Positions 48,490-58,327 of a stretch of 64,000 nt of DNA are shown in pieces (position 1 is the stretch's first letter; each line of letters begins with the position of its first letter). This DNA comes from Candidatus Latescibacterota bacterium. GTDB taxonomy: Bacteria > Latescibacterota > UBA2968. The position numbers and the translations under genes were made by a program. Location of the stretch: contig OZ242320.1 in assembly GCA_965208125.1 (NCBI GenBank), forward strand, positions 2,688,001 through 2,752,000, written 5' to 3'. The notes beneath the pieces are model-generated. The model was not told the DNA's origin. It searched no databases and saw nothing but the letters and a program-made list of their open reading frames with translations.

Positions 48490-49668
48490 ATGAAAATTAA
48501 AAATATTCGCGCAGTTGCCGTCAATATTTCTCCCGCTCAAAAAACAGAACCTCGCGTCCCGAAGCTACCTACAGATGGGTTTATTAGCCCTATGGCGCGA
48601 TATCCCGAATTTAAAAGATCGAAGTGGGGTTCAAATTGGACTCGTGCAGCCTGTGTCGTGACCGCGCAAGATGGCACATGGGGAATTGGTTTCACTATCA
48701 ATAGCGGCCCGGTAATCAGTATTATCAACGATCACTTTGCCCCTTTGCTCGAAGGGCAAAATTGTATGGCGACTGAAAAGTTATGGGATATGATGCGCCG
48801 GGCTTCTTCGCCTTATCACACGGCGGGTTTGTCCAGCTATGCCATCAGTGCTTTGGATAATGCCCTGTGGGACTTGAAAGGAAAAATTTTGCAGCGTCCT
48901 GTTTACGAGCTTTTGGGCGGTCCGCAAAAAGAAAAAATTTTCTGTTATGCCAGCAATACAGATATATCTTATGGTACGGAAAACAGTATTGAATGGTTTC
49001 TGGAATTGGGTTTCAAGGCGGTCAAGCTTTTTGCGCGATATGGACCGGAGTCCGGTATTGAGGGAATAAATAAGACTGAAGAACTGGTTGCCAAAACGCG
49101 CGAGCAGATTGGCGATGATGTCGAACTTATGCTCGATGCGTGGATGTCGCTCAATGTCGAATACACGGTTCGCCTCGTCGAAGCATTAAAACCGTATCGC
49201 CTCAAGTGGCTTGAAGATTACGTGCTGCCCGAAGATATGGAAAGCTATACAAAGGTACGCCAACGCGTTTCCGGGCAAATTCTCGCAACGGGTGAGCACT
49301 GGTACACCATCCATCCCTTTGCCACAGCCGCGAGCCAGGGGCTTGTCGATATTTTGCAGCCCGATATTCAGTGGGCAGGTGGTGTGACGGCCTTGATGCG
49401 GATATGCCATATTGCCGAGGCGCATGGGCTAACGGTCATTAGTCACGCGGGCATGAATTATCCCTATGGTCAGCACCTTTCTTATGCTATGCCGGCGATA
49501 CAGTGGGGCGAACGTTCCGAAGGGGTATCGCCTCCGGGTGTTCCGCTCGAAGAACGCGTCGCGCTGCCGGGAACCCCTGTGATCAAAGACGGTTATCTAA
49601 TTCCGAGCAATGCCCCCGGTTTTGGTCTTGAAATCACGAAAGATTGGCTGGAACAAAAGGCTGTATAA
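48490..49668 (+). CDS. Mandelate racemase subgroup enolase (sugar-acid / L-rhamnonate dehydratase-like)
   Basis: A.D.ALWDL.GK, PVY.LLGG, KxxK, LMLDAW, WLED, TGEH, ILQPD, H. Confidence 0.85.
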   Translation: MKIKNIRAVAVNISPAQKTEPRVPKLPTDGFISPMARYPEFKRSKWGSNWTRAACVVTAQDGTWGIGFTINSGPVISIINDHFAPLLEGQNCMATEKLWDMMRRASSPYHTAGLSSYAISALDNALWDLKGKILQRPVYELLGGPQKEKIFCYASNTDISYGTENSIEWFLELGFKAVKLFARYGPESGIEGINKTEELVAKTREQIGDDVELMLDAWMSLNVEYTVRLVEALKPYRLKWLEDYVLPEDMESYTKVRQRVSGQILATGEHWYTIHPFATAASQGLVDILQPDIQWAGGVTALMRICHIAEAHGLTVISHAGMNYPYGQHLSYAMPAIQWGERSEGVSPPGVPLEERVALPGTPVIKDGYLIPSNAPGFGLEITKDWLEQKAV

Positions 49669-49683
49669 CTAATTGGAGACGAT

Positions 49684-50229
49684 ATGGCGCAAGAGTGGAA
49701 ACATTTGCTCAAGTTTCGCTGCACTCGCTGTGGAAATTGCTGTCGAGACCCCATTGTTCTGGTTACTGACGAAGATGTGCGCCGCATTATTGAGGGCACA
49801 GATCAGGCGGCTTGTGATGTTGTCGATTTTTATAAGCCGAGTGAGATTGAATGGGGCGAAGACCAGCCCGGCTGGATACGTTTGAGGTCTGGTCTGCGCA
49901 TTATGGGATTGCGTAGAACCGAGAGCGGATGCCAATATCTGAGCGAAGACGATTTGTGTACTATCTACGATTATCGCCCGGTGACTTGCCGACGATATCC
50001 ATTTGATCTCGAGTTTGACGAAGAGGGCGATATCGAGTTGCTCAGTATTAGTCAATCTACCGATTGTCCGTATGAACTCGATGGATACACGCCATTGGGT
50101 GAGATTAAGGCTATTGCAAAATGGGAGACGTGGGAAGAAGAACCATATTATGCGAGAGTTGAAGCGTGGAACGCACGCAAAGAGACAGGCGGGAGAAAGA
50201 CATTTCTCAAATTTATTGGGTTGGGATGA
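49684..50229 (+). CDS. YkgJ / UPF0153 cysteine-cluster protein
   Basis: CTRCGNCC, C.YL...CTIY..RP.TCR.YPF, CP. Confidence 0.85.
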   Translation: MAQEWKHLLKFRCTRCGNCCRDPIVLVTDEDVRRIIEGTDQAACDVVDFYKPSEIEWGEDQPGWIRLRSGLRIMGLRRTESGCQYLSEDDLCTIYDYRPVTCRRYPFDLEFDEEGDIELLSISQSTDCPYELDGYTPLGEIKAIAKWETWEEEPYYARVEAWNARKETGGRKTFLKFIGLG

Positions 50230-50259
50230 AATGGTCTGGATCAGGATGGAAGATACTCT

Positions 50260-51120
50260 ATGAGTCACGACATTTTTGAGCGCGCTGAAGAATTTATTTA
50301 TAACAATGCGAGGTTGCTCGAGCGGCAGTTGTTTGCCTATCATTTTAAAGGCGGTTCGCAAGAGCAGGTGCTCACAGCGCTTCGCGCCTATCAGAATGCA
50401 GATGGCGGGTTTGGGCATGCGCTTGAACCGGATATTCGCTGTCCAGAAAGCCAACCCGTGCCGATTCAGCACGCGCTTGAGTTTCTCGATGCCGTGGGTT
50501 TTGATGCCGATATGGTGCAGCGCGCCTGCGATTATTTGATGGAGATTACTACGCCCGAAGGCGGCGTTCCGTGGTTGTTGCCTTCTGCACATCGCTATCC
50601 GCGAGCATCATGGTGGAATACGGTTGAAAATCCGCCAGCGTCTTTGAATCCAACGGCTGCGATTGCTGGTTTGTTACACAAGAATCGCGTTCGACATGCG
50701 TGGGTAGATTGCGCGACAGCGTACTGCTGGTCAAAGATAGCTGATTTGCAACCTGTAGAGATGCATGAAATGGGTGTGGTGCTGACTTTTCTCTATTATG
50801 TGCCGGACCGGGCGCGCGCAGAGCGCGAAATTGAGCGTCTGATCGGTGGGATGTTTTCTGCAGGTCTCGTTGCCGATGCAAATGCCACGGGCTATGTCCG
50901 CAAACCGCTCGATTGGGCGAATACGCCCGATCATCCGCTTCGCGATTACTTTCGAGAAGAGGATATTGCGGCAAATCTCGATGCAATTGTTGCGGGACAA
51001 CAAGCAGATGGGGGGTGGAATATTACCTGGCAAGCCGTGAGTCCGGGTTGCGAACTCGAATGGCGCGGCTGGGTGACGTTGGGTACACTGCTGACGCTCA
51101 GGGCGAATGGGCGGTTGTAA
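50260..51120 (+). CDS. Hypothetical protein with prenyltransferase / squalene-cyclase-like repeats
   Basis: YQNADGGFG and QQADGGW (QW-like) motifs. Confidence 0.65.
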   Translation: MSHDIFERAEEFIYNNARLLERQLFAYHFKGGSQEQVLTALRAYQNADGGFGHALEPDIRCPESQPVPIQHALEFLDAVGFDADMVQRACDYLMEITTPEGGVPWLLPSAHRYPRASWWNTVENPPASLNPTAAIAGLLHKNRVRHAWVDCATAYCWSKIADLQPVEMHEMGVVLTFLYYVPDRARAEREIERLIGGMFSAGLVADANATGYVRKPLDWANTPDHPLRDYFREEDIAANLDAIVAGQQADGGWNITWQAVSPGCELEWRGWVTLGTLLTLRANGRL

Positions 51121-51137
51121 TTGTACAGAGAGTTATC

Positions 51138-51887
51138 ATGTTGATTGCCAAGACCGAAGGATACTACCATTTTCTCAAGGGTATTGACCCCTATTCCTGC
51201 GGCGTTATTGCCGATCTCGGCTGGGAGATTGTCCATGTTACCCTGGAACAGGCTCTGCCCTGGCGTCAGGGTTTTGATCGGATTGAGGCGCATTTGCAGG
51301 AGGTCGGGCGAGACCGACAGGCATTGTGCGGCATGGAGTTGCGTTCGCCTGCGCCTTTTACTATGGCGGGGTTTATCGCTTTTAATCGGGATTATTGTCG
51401 GGTGCTCAAGGCATGGGACCTGTACGTGGGAGAGTTGAATCCGATAGCCCGCACCAATGTGGTACCGCTGTTCGATCCGCCCGAGGAACCGGTGCTGCAC
51501 GCTTTTTCCTATACGGTGCCAGCAGCGGTCGATGTCCCCCGGACTCTGGTGATCGCCGGGGCTGGGGAATTGCGCGAGGGGGTACTTGTGGAGCAGGGTA
51601 TTGTCCGCAGCGGGGATACCAGTGCAGAAGCGATGCGGGAGAAGGTTGGTTATGTGGTGGATGTAATGGTCGAGCGTTTGTTTGGCCTGGGTGGGGCATG
51701 GGAGATGATCAATGCGGTGGATGTGTACACGGTGCATTCTCTGGACGGGCTGGTAGAGGATATTTTGTTCAATCGCATTGGGCCAGTCCGACAGCACGGT
51801 TTCCGCTGGCACTTTACCCGGCCGCCAGTGGTCGATATTGAATTTGAGATGGATATGCGGGGGGTGCGGCGGGACTTTGTGATATAA
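51138..51887 (+). CDS. CnbZ-like (RidA superfamily) deaminase
   Basis: YS.GV, ELRSP.PF..GF..FN, NP.AR.NV, AG.GE, RPPV...EFEMD.R. Confidence 0.65.
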   Translation: MLIAKTEGYYHFLKGIDPYSCGVIADLGWEIVHVTLEQALPWRQGFDRIEAHLQEVGRDRQALCGMELRSPAPFTMAGFIAFNRDYCRVLKAWDLYVGELNPIARTNVVPLFDPPEEPVLHAFSYTVPAAVDVPRTLVIAGAGELREGVLVEQGIVRSGDTSAEAMREKVGYVVDVMVERLFGLGGAWEMINAVDVYTVHSLDGLVEDILFNRIGPVRQHGFRWHFTRPPVVDIEFEMDMRGVRRDFVI

Positions 51888-51935
51888 GATCATGGGCAGG
51901 GATGGGGTGGGTTGATTGCGAAATGATATTTTTTC

Positions 51936-51965
51936 TTGACATATTCCACTGAGATTGCGTAAGTT
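51936..51965 (+). promoter_or_regulatory. Putative promoter of the ilv-leu operon
   Basis: TTGACA-N18-TAAGTT upstream of the leader ORF. Confidence 0.45.
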
Positions 51966-52011
51966 ATTCAATCTAAAATACATTATTACTTCTTTTCCCA
52001 AGTCTTCTATT

Positions 52012-52164
52012 ATGCGCTCAATTTCCACATTGGCGATTTCCACAATGCGAGACGGTGTGCAACTGCGTATCCGTTCTTTGCGCCTTTCTATTGCAGGGCG
52101 AGTTCTGCTCATTCTGCACCTTCTCCTGCTCGTGAGCCTTTTTCTATCTATTATCACTCATTAG
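52012..52164 (+). CDS. Branched-chain amino-acid attenuation leader peptide (start 52012 or 52045)
   Basis: Last 20 codons read VLLILHLLLLVSLFLSIITH (9 Leu, 3 Ile, 2 Val); directly upstream of ilvN-leuA, followed by alternative hairpins. Confidence 0.7.
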   Translation: MRSISTLAISTMRDGVQLRIRSLRLSIAGRVLLILHLLLLVSLFLSIITH

Positions 52165-52266
52165 TTTCAGGCTCTTTCCCCAACTCTTGCGACAACACCC
52201 ATAAAAGGACAGAGCCTGTGATTTACTCATAGGTCGTTGTCACCTCATGTATTCAGGAAATTTTTA

Positions 52267-52758
52267 ATGACTCAAAAACACACGATAAGTGCCCTGGTCG
52301 AAAATCATTTTGGCGTTCTGTGTCGCGTTGCGGGCCTTTTTTCCAGTCGCGGATTCAATATCGATAGTCTGTCCGTTGGCGAGACAGAAGACCCGAGTAT
52401 TTCTCGCATGACTATTGTCGTCGGTGGCGACGATAGCGTGCTCGAGCAAGTGGTCAAGCAATTGGATCGCCTCATTGATGTCATTCGGGTGATCGATATT
52501 ACGCAGGGCGCATTTGTCGAACGCGAACTCATGTTGATCAAGGTCAAAGCCGATACAACAACGCGTGCAGAAATTATCCAAATTGCCGAAGTGTTTCGCT
52601 CAAATATTGTCGATGTATGTCCCAGATCGATGACCATAGAGGTTACGGGCAAAAATGATAAAATTCAGGCTATCATTGGCATGCTCAGTTCTTTTGGCAT
52701 CGAAGAAATCGCGCGTACAGGCACAGTTGCCCTGTTGCGAGATTCCGCGACGCAATAA
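52267..52758 (+). CDS. ilvN: Acetolactate synthase small (regulatory) subunit
   Basis: [36 protein letters not shown]. Confidence 0.95.
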   Translation: MTQKHTISALVENHFGVLCRVAGLFSSRGFNIDSLSVGETEDPSISRMTIVVGGDDSVLEQVVKQLDRLIDVIRVIDITQGAFVERELMLIKVKADTTTRAEIIQIAEVFRSNIVDVCPRSMTIEVTGKNDKIQAIIGMLSSFGIEEIARTGTVALLRDSATQ

Positions 52759-52771
52759 GGAGGTGATGCAG

Positions 52772-52885
52772 ATGGATCCCGATCTCGGTGATCTTACCGA
52801 AGAACTCGCTCTCGTTTGGCAGATGGGAAAAGACAGCCAGAGCGTTCCATCTGCCCATTTCCACTTCGATTCTGGCATGTTTTAA
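52772..52885 (+). CDS. 37-aa small ORF between ilvN and leuA
   Basis: AAGGAGGTG RBS overlapping the ilvN stop; MDPDLGDLTEELALVWQMGKDSQSVPSAHFHFDSGMF fills the whole gap. Confidence 0.45.
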   Translation: MDPDLGDLTEELALVWQMGKDSQSVPSAHFHFDSGMF

Positions 52886-52894
52886 GGAATAAAA

Positions 52895-54451
52895 ATGTCA
52901 AACGCGAAAAACAAAGACCGCGTCATTATTTTTGATACCACTTTGAGAGACGCGGAACAGACGCCGGGGGCTTCGCTCGCGTTGCGCGAAAAGGTCGAAA
53001 TTGCCCATCAACTCGCAAGGCTCAATGTCGATGTTATCGAGGCCGGATTTCCCATATCGTCCGATCAGGATTTTAATGCGGTGCGGCGCATTGCACACGA
53101 GGTCGAAGGTCCTGTTATTTGCGGTCTGTCTCGCGCAATCTTCAAAGATATTGACCGCGCAGGTGAAGCTCTGAAAGATGCGCCAAATCCGCGCATACAC
53201 ACGTTTATTGGGACATCTCCGCTCCATATTTCCATGGTTGGCAAAACGCCCGATCAAGTTCTACAAATGGCTGTTGATGCGGTTGCACGAGCCAAATCGC
53301 ATTGCGAAGATGTGGAATTTTCGCCGATGGATGCTGCGCGCACAGAACCGCAATATCTCCTCGATGTTATCGAGGCTACCATTGAAGCGGGTGCGACAAC
53401 CATCAATATTCCCGATACCGTAGGCTACGCAGTTCCCGACCAGTTTGGCCGCATTATTCGCAATATTTGTGAGAAAGTGCCCAATGTCGATCGTGCCATT
53501 ATCAGTGTCCACTGCCACGACGATTTGGGCATGGCGACTATCAATGCTCTCGAAGCACTCAGAAATGGCGCCCGTCAGGTCGAATGCACCGTGAATGGGT
53601 TGGGTGAACGCGCGGGCAATACCTCGCTTGAAGAAGTGGTTATGGCCGTCAAGACGCGCGGGGATTATTTCGATCTCTATACGGATATCAAGACGCGCGA
53701 AATCGTAAATACGAGCCGTCTGGTCAGCCGCCTCATGGGTATTGTCGTTCCGCCCAACAAGCCCATTGTAGGAGCCAATGCCTTTGCACATAGCTCGGGT
53801 ATCCATCAGGACGGGGTGCTCAAAGACCGCGAAAATTTCGAAATTATCGATCCCAAATCTGTGGGTTGGGAAGAATCGAGCATTGTGCTCACGGCGCGTT
53901 CTGGTCGCCACGCATTGCGCCATCGTCTGGAAGAACTCGGCTATCATCTCAATCAGGATGAATTAAATATCGCTTATGAGCGTTTTGTCAAAGTTGCCGA
54001 TAAAAAGAAGGAAGTTTATGACGAAGATCTCATGGCTATTGTGGAAGATGAAATTCGAGACTTTCCCATGCGGTTCGTGCTGGACTATTTGCATACTGTG
54101 AGTGGTACTGGCACGGTTCCCTCTGCGACGGTTCGCATTGGTATTGACGGTAAAAACCACGTCCAGGAATCTGCCTGGGGCGATGGACCGGTAGATGCAA
54201 CGTATCGGGCGATCAAGAAAGCCACAGATAATACAAATACAAAAGTGGAAGAATATACTATCCGCGGCGTTACCGGGGGTGCCGAAGCGATGGGAGAAGT
54301 CACGGTCAATGTGTCGTGCAATGGACGCCTGACCAGGGGACGCGGCGTTTCAACCGATATTATCGAAGCCAGTGCCAAAGCTTTTCTCGATGCGCTCAAT
54401 CGCCTGGCCATTCAGCAGGACAATCACAAGGAGCGAGAACCAACCGTTTAG
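52895..54451 (+). CDS. leuA: 2-isopropylmalate synthase
   Basis: FDTTLRD.EQ, IEAGFP, PDTVG, HCHDD.G, GERAGN, H.SGIHQDG, G.GPVDA. Confidence 0.97.
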   Translation: MSNAKNKDRVIIFDTTLRDAEQTPGASLALREKVEIAHQLARLNVDVIEAGFPISSDQDFNAVRRIAHEVEGPVICGLSRAIFKDIDRAGEALKDAPNPRIHTFIGTSPLHISMVGKTPDQVLQMAVDAVARAKSHCEDVEFSPMDAARTEPQYLLDVIEATIEAGATTINIPDTVGYAVPDQFGRIIRNICEKVPNVDRAIISVHCHDDLGMATINALEALRNGARQVECTVNGLGERAGNTSLEEVVMAVKTRGDYFDLYTDIKTREIVNTSRLVSRLMGIVVPPNKPIVGANAFAHSSGIHQDGVLKDRENFEIIDPKSVGWEESSIVLTARSGRHALRHRLEELGYHLNQDELNIAYERFVKVADKKKEVYDEDLMAIVEDEIRDFPMRFVLDYLHTVSGTGTVPSATVRIGIDGKNHVQESAWGDGPVDATYRAIKKATDNTNTKVEEYTIRGVTGGAEAMGEVTVNVSCNGRLTRGRGVSTDIIEASAKAFLDALNRLAIQQDNHKEREPTV

Positions 54452-54486
54452 TATCCGCAGATGGATGCAGATAGACGCAGATGAAA
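54451..54486 (+). repeat. Dispersed 36-bp decamer element, copy 2, with a partial inverted copy at about 54501-54519
   Basis: GTATCCGCAGATGGATGCAGATAGACGCAGATGAAA ... TGTGTCTGCACATCTGTGG. Confidence 0.8.
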
Positions 54487-54550
54487 TGTAGTGGCAGTGT
54501 TGTGTCTGCACATCTGTGGTTCCAAAGGGTTTTAAGAATAGAGGTTATAG

Positions 54551-55948
54551 ATGGGTCAAAGTTTATTTCACAAAGTTTGGGACGCGCATGCGGTGCGAAC
54601 GCTGCCGTCGGGGCAGACGCAGTTGTTTATCGGCCTGCATCTCGTTCACGAGGTTACCAGCCCGCAGGCTTTTGATATGCTCAGAGAGCTAGGTCTCACC
54701 ATTGCGTATCCAGATCGCACATTTGCTACGGTTGATCACATTGTGCCCACAAGCGATGTGGCACGCCCATTTGCCGATGAGATGGCCGAGGACATGATGA
54801 TCGCCATTGAAGAAAATGCCCAGCAGTTTGGCCTTTCTTTTTTTGGTCTGGACGACGAGCGTCAGGGTATTGTCCACGTCATTGGTCCCGAACTGGGTCT
54901 GACACAGCCGGGCATGACCATTGCCTGCGGCGATAGCCACACTTCAACGCACGGTGCTTATGGCGCTATTGCATTTGGCATTGGCACTTCGCAGGTGCGC
55001 GATGTGCTCGCCACACAGTGTCTGGCGATGGATCCTCTCAAAGTGCGCCGCATTGAAGTCTCCGGTACGCTGGGCAATGGGGTTTACGCCAAAGATGTTA
55101 TTCTCAATATTATTCGCAATCTCGGCGTAAAAGGCGGTACGGGCTATGCTTACGAATATGCCGGATCCGCTATTGAAGCTATGGATATGGAAGCGCGTAT
55201 GTCGGTGTGCAATATGTCGATTGAGGGCGGTGCCCGCGCGGGATATGTGAATCCCGATCAGACGACTTATGACTATCTGCAGGGGCGCACTTATGCACCT
55301 TCGGGCGAAGCCTTTGATCGCGCAGTTTCCTGGTGGCGTGCTATGGCTTCCGATGCCGATGCCGATTACGACGATGTTTATCATCTCGATGGCTCCGCTC
55401 TTGAGCCTACCGTGACATGGGGCATCACACCGGGGCAGGCGCTCTTTGTAACAGAAAAAGTGCCTGCGCTGACGGATCTGCCCGATGATGATCGCGATGT
55501 TGCAGCCGAAGCGTATGATTATATGGACTTAAAGCCGGGTACGGCCATATCTGGTATGCCCATTGATGTGGCTTTTGTGGGATCGTGTACCAACAGCCGT
55601 ATCTCTGACCTCAGAGAAGCTGCCAGAGTTGTCGAGGGTCACAAGGTGGCCGATGGCGTCAAAGCGCTTGTTGTGCCGGGGTCCAAATCCGTTCTCAAGA
55701 CAGCCGAAGCGGAAGGTTTGCACCACATTTTTGAAGATGCGGGCTTTGAATGGCGCGGTGCGGGGTGTTCGATGTGTTTGGCTATGAATCCCGACAAATT
55801 GCAGGGACGCGAGGTGTGCGCGTCTTCGAGTAATCGCAATTTCAAAGGGCGTCAGGGCAGCCCCACGGGGCGCACGCTCTTGATGAGTCCCGCAATGGTC
55901 GCAGCCGCGGCTATCGCGGGTGAGGTTATTGACGTACGCGCGATGTGA
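54551..55948 (+). CDS. leuC: 3-isopropylmalate dehydratase large subunit
   Basis: [34 protein letters not shown]. Confidence 0.98.
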   Translation: MGQSLFHKVWDAHAVRTLPSGQTQLFIGLHLVHEVTSPQAFDMLRELGLTIAYPDRTFATVDHIVPTSDVARPFADEMAEDMMIAIEENAQQFGLSFFGLDDERQGIVHVIGPELGLTQPGMTIACGDSHTSTHGAYGAIAFGIGTSQVRDVLATQCLAMDPLKVRRIEVSGTLGNGVYAKDVILNIIRNLGVKGGTGYAYEYAGSAIEAMDMEARMSVCNMSIEGGARAGYVNPDQTTYDYLQGRTYAPSGEAFDRAVSWWRAMASDADADYDDVYHLDGSALEPTVTWGITPGQALFVTEKVPALTDLPDDDRDVAAEAYDYMDLKPGTAISGMPIDVAFVGSCTNSRISDLREAARVVEGHKVADGVKALVVPGSKSVLKTAEAEGLHHIFEDAGFEWRGAGCSMCLAMNPDKLQGREVCASSSNRNFKGRQGSPTGRTLLMSPAMVAAAAIAGEVIDVRAM

Positions 55949-55961
55949 AGAAAGGTTATTT

Positions 55962-56555
55962 ATGAATTCATCTGTGATCCAGTATGTAGAAGGACGCGCG
56001 ATTCCCATTCGGGGAAATGACATCGATACCGATCGCATTATTCCCGCGCGGTATCTTCGCGCTATTACGTTTGATGGCCTGGGTGAGTACGCATTTGAAG
56101 ACGACCGAAAATCAAATCCCGATCACCCATTTGATGATCCACGCTATCAAGGTGCGTCCATCCTTGTTGCCAATGGCAATTTTGGGTGTGGATCATCCAG
56201 AGAACACGCGCCTCAGGCGCTGATGCGCTGGGGGATTTGTGCTATTGTGGGCGAATCTTTTGCCGAAATTTTTCTGGGCAATTGCACGGCTATGGGTGTG
56301 CCTTGCCTGACTGCTTCATCCGGGGATATTGCCCAAATACAGGACGCGGCTGAAGCAGATCCGCAGCGGGAGATGACTGTTGATTTACAAGAGAAAAAAT
56401 TGACATTTGGCGATATAGAAGTCGATCTCCAAATTGCAGAAGGCAATCGGCTCCAACTCATCGAGGGCGCGTGGGATGCAACGGGCATGCTCCTCGAAGG
56501 CCGCGATGCGGTGCGGGAGATTGCCAATAAACTTCCCTATGTTACGGGCTTTTAA
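55962..56555 (+). CDS. leuD: 3-isopropylmalate dehydratase small subunit
   Basis: DTD.IIP, NFGCGSSREHA, SFA.IF. Confidence 0.97.
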   Translation: MNSSVIQYVEGRAIPIRGNDIDTDRIIPARYLRAITFDGLGEYAFEDDRKSNPDHPFDDPRYQGASILVANGNFGCGSSREHAPQALMRWGICAIVGESFAEIFLGNCTAMGVPCLTASSGDIAQIQDAAEADPQREMTVDLQEKKLTFGDIEVDLQIAEGNRLQLIEGAWDATGMLLEGRDAVREIANKLPYVTGF

Positions 56556-56726
56556 CCTTTTTCACGCCCGCATCTCGCGTTGCTCATTTTGCGAGTTATT
56601 ATGCATTCTCACATGCGAATAGGCAGGAGATATTATCCGGGCACTCGTTGCCCGGAGGCCATTGGTTTGGGAATTGGATCGTTTTGTATGATCGCTCTTT
56701 TTTAATTCCAAACCAGAGGAAATCAC

Positions 56727-58307
56727 ATGTCTGAACTTGTACAAATCTACGATTCGACCCTTCGAGATGGCGCGCAGGCCGAGGGCATTTCATTTTCGGC
56801 TGAAGACAAAACTATGATTGCTCTGCATCTTGATGCGATGGGCATTCACTATGTTGAAGGCGGTTGGCCCAATCCGACGAATCCCAAGGATCTCGAATTT
56901 TTTAATCGCGTGCGCGATCTCGAATTTCACAATACCAAAATTGTCGCCTTTGGCAGTACATGCAGAGTTGACAATCCACCCGAAGACGATCCTACCCTCA
57001 CCACTTTGCTAAAGGCAGGAACAGAGGTTATCACGCTCTTTGGAAAAAGCTGGACGCTTCACGTGACCGATGTGTTGCGGGCTACACTGGACGAGAACCT
57101 GCAAATTATCAGGGATTCTTGCGCCTGGCTCAAGGAAAACGGCCGAGAAGTTATTTACGATGCCGAACACTTTTTTGACGGTTATAAAGCCGATCCTGAA
57201 TACGCACTGGAAACTTTGTTGGCAGCGCAAGCAGGCGGAGCCGAGGTGCTCGTCTTGTGCGATACCAATGGCGGCATGATGCCATATCAGATACAGGAGA
57301 TTATCAGCGGTATTCAACCCAGCCTCAATGTGCCTTTGGGCATTCACACGCACAATGACGCGGGAATGGCTGTGGCCAATAGCATTGTCGCACTCGAAAT
57401 GGGTGCTACACATGTGCAGGGGACTATCAATGGATATGGGGAACGCTGTGGCAATGCCAATCTGTGTTCGGTGATTCCAAATATTGAATTTAAGTTGGGG
57501 ATGAAAGCTATTGGCGCGACAAATCTGAAAAGACTTATGGAATTATCGCGTTTTGTCAGCGAAATAGCCAATGTCTATCACGATCACCGCCAACCTTATG
57601 TGGGCGAGAGTGCTTTTGCACACAAAGCGGGGGTTCACGTGGATGCAATGCTCAAACAACCCGCCGCGTATGAGCATTGCGATGCAGAAGCCGTGGGCAA
57701 CCAGCGCCGGTTTCTTCTTTCGGAACAATCGGGCGGCGGGGCTGTTGCAGCAAAATTGGACCATTTGATTCCGGGCCTGGACAAACGCCATCCAACCGTC
57801 CAAAAATTGCTGCAAAAAATTAAGCAACTCGAACACGAGGGCTATGTTTTTGAAGCCGCCGAAGCGTCGTTTGAAATTATTGCCCGTCAGATATTGGGCA
57901 GTATTCGCAAACCGTTCAAGCTCATCAATTACAGGACGATCAATCGCAAAAGTGCTGCAGGCTCTGAAGTAGAAGCCATTGTGAAAATAGAGATCGAAGG
58001 ACAGATCTACCATACGGTTGGCGAGGGCGATGGCCCTGTTAATGCCCTCGATTCGGCATTGCGTCTCGCACTGGAACCCAAGTATCCCACACTTAAAGAT
58101 GTGCGCCTGGAAGACTACAAAGTGCGCGTGTTATCCAGTGCTGATGGTACGGCAGCCAAGGTGCGAGTGCTGATCGAGTCTTCTGACCGGCGGCGCGTGT
58201 GGAGTACTGTGGGTGTATCTGAAAATATTATCGAAGCCAGTTGGACAGCACTGGTCGATAGTTTGACCTATAAATTGCTACTTGACGATATTATCGTCGT
58301 TGACTGA
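56727..58307 (+). CDS. cimA: Citramalate synthase
   Basis: YD.TLRDG.Q.EG, EGGWP, YDAEHFFDG, LCDTNGG, AFAHK.G.H, DYKVR, W.TVGVS.NII.AS. Confidence 0.93.
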   Translation: MSELVQIYDSTLRDGAQAEGISFSAEDKTMIALHLDAMGIHYVEGGWPNPTNPKDLEFFNRVRDLEFHNTKIVAFGSTCRVDNPPEDDPTLTTLLKAGTEVITLFGKSWTLHVTDVLRATLDENLQIIRDSCAWLKENGREVIYDAEHFFDGYKADPEYALETLLAAQAGGAEVLVLCDTNGGMMPYQIQEIISGIQPSLNVPLGIHTHNDAGMAVANSIVALEMGATHVQGTINGYGERCGNANLCSVIPNIEFKLGMKAIGATNLKRLMELSRFVSEIANVYHDHRQPYVGESAFAHKAGVHVDAMLKQPAAYEHCDAEAVGNQRRFLLSEQSGGGAVAAKLDHLIPGLDKRHPTVQKLLQKIKQLEHEGYVFEAAEASFEIIARQILGSIRKPFKLINYRTINRKSAAGSEVEAIVKIEIEGQIYHTVGEGDGPVNALDSALRLALEPKYPTLKDVRLEDYKVRVLSSADGTAAKVRVLIESSDRRRVWSTVGVSENIIEASWTALVDSLTYKLLLDDIIVVD

Positions 58308-58327
58308 CCCTTTTCAAAGAGTATGGT

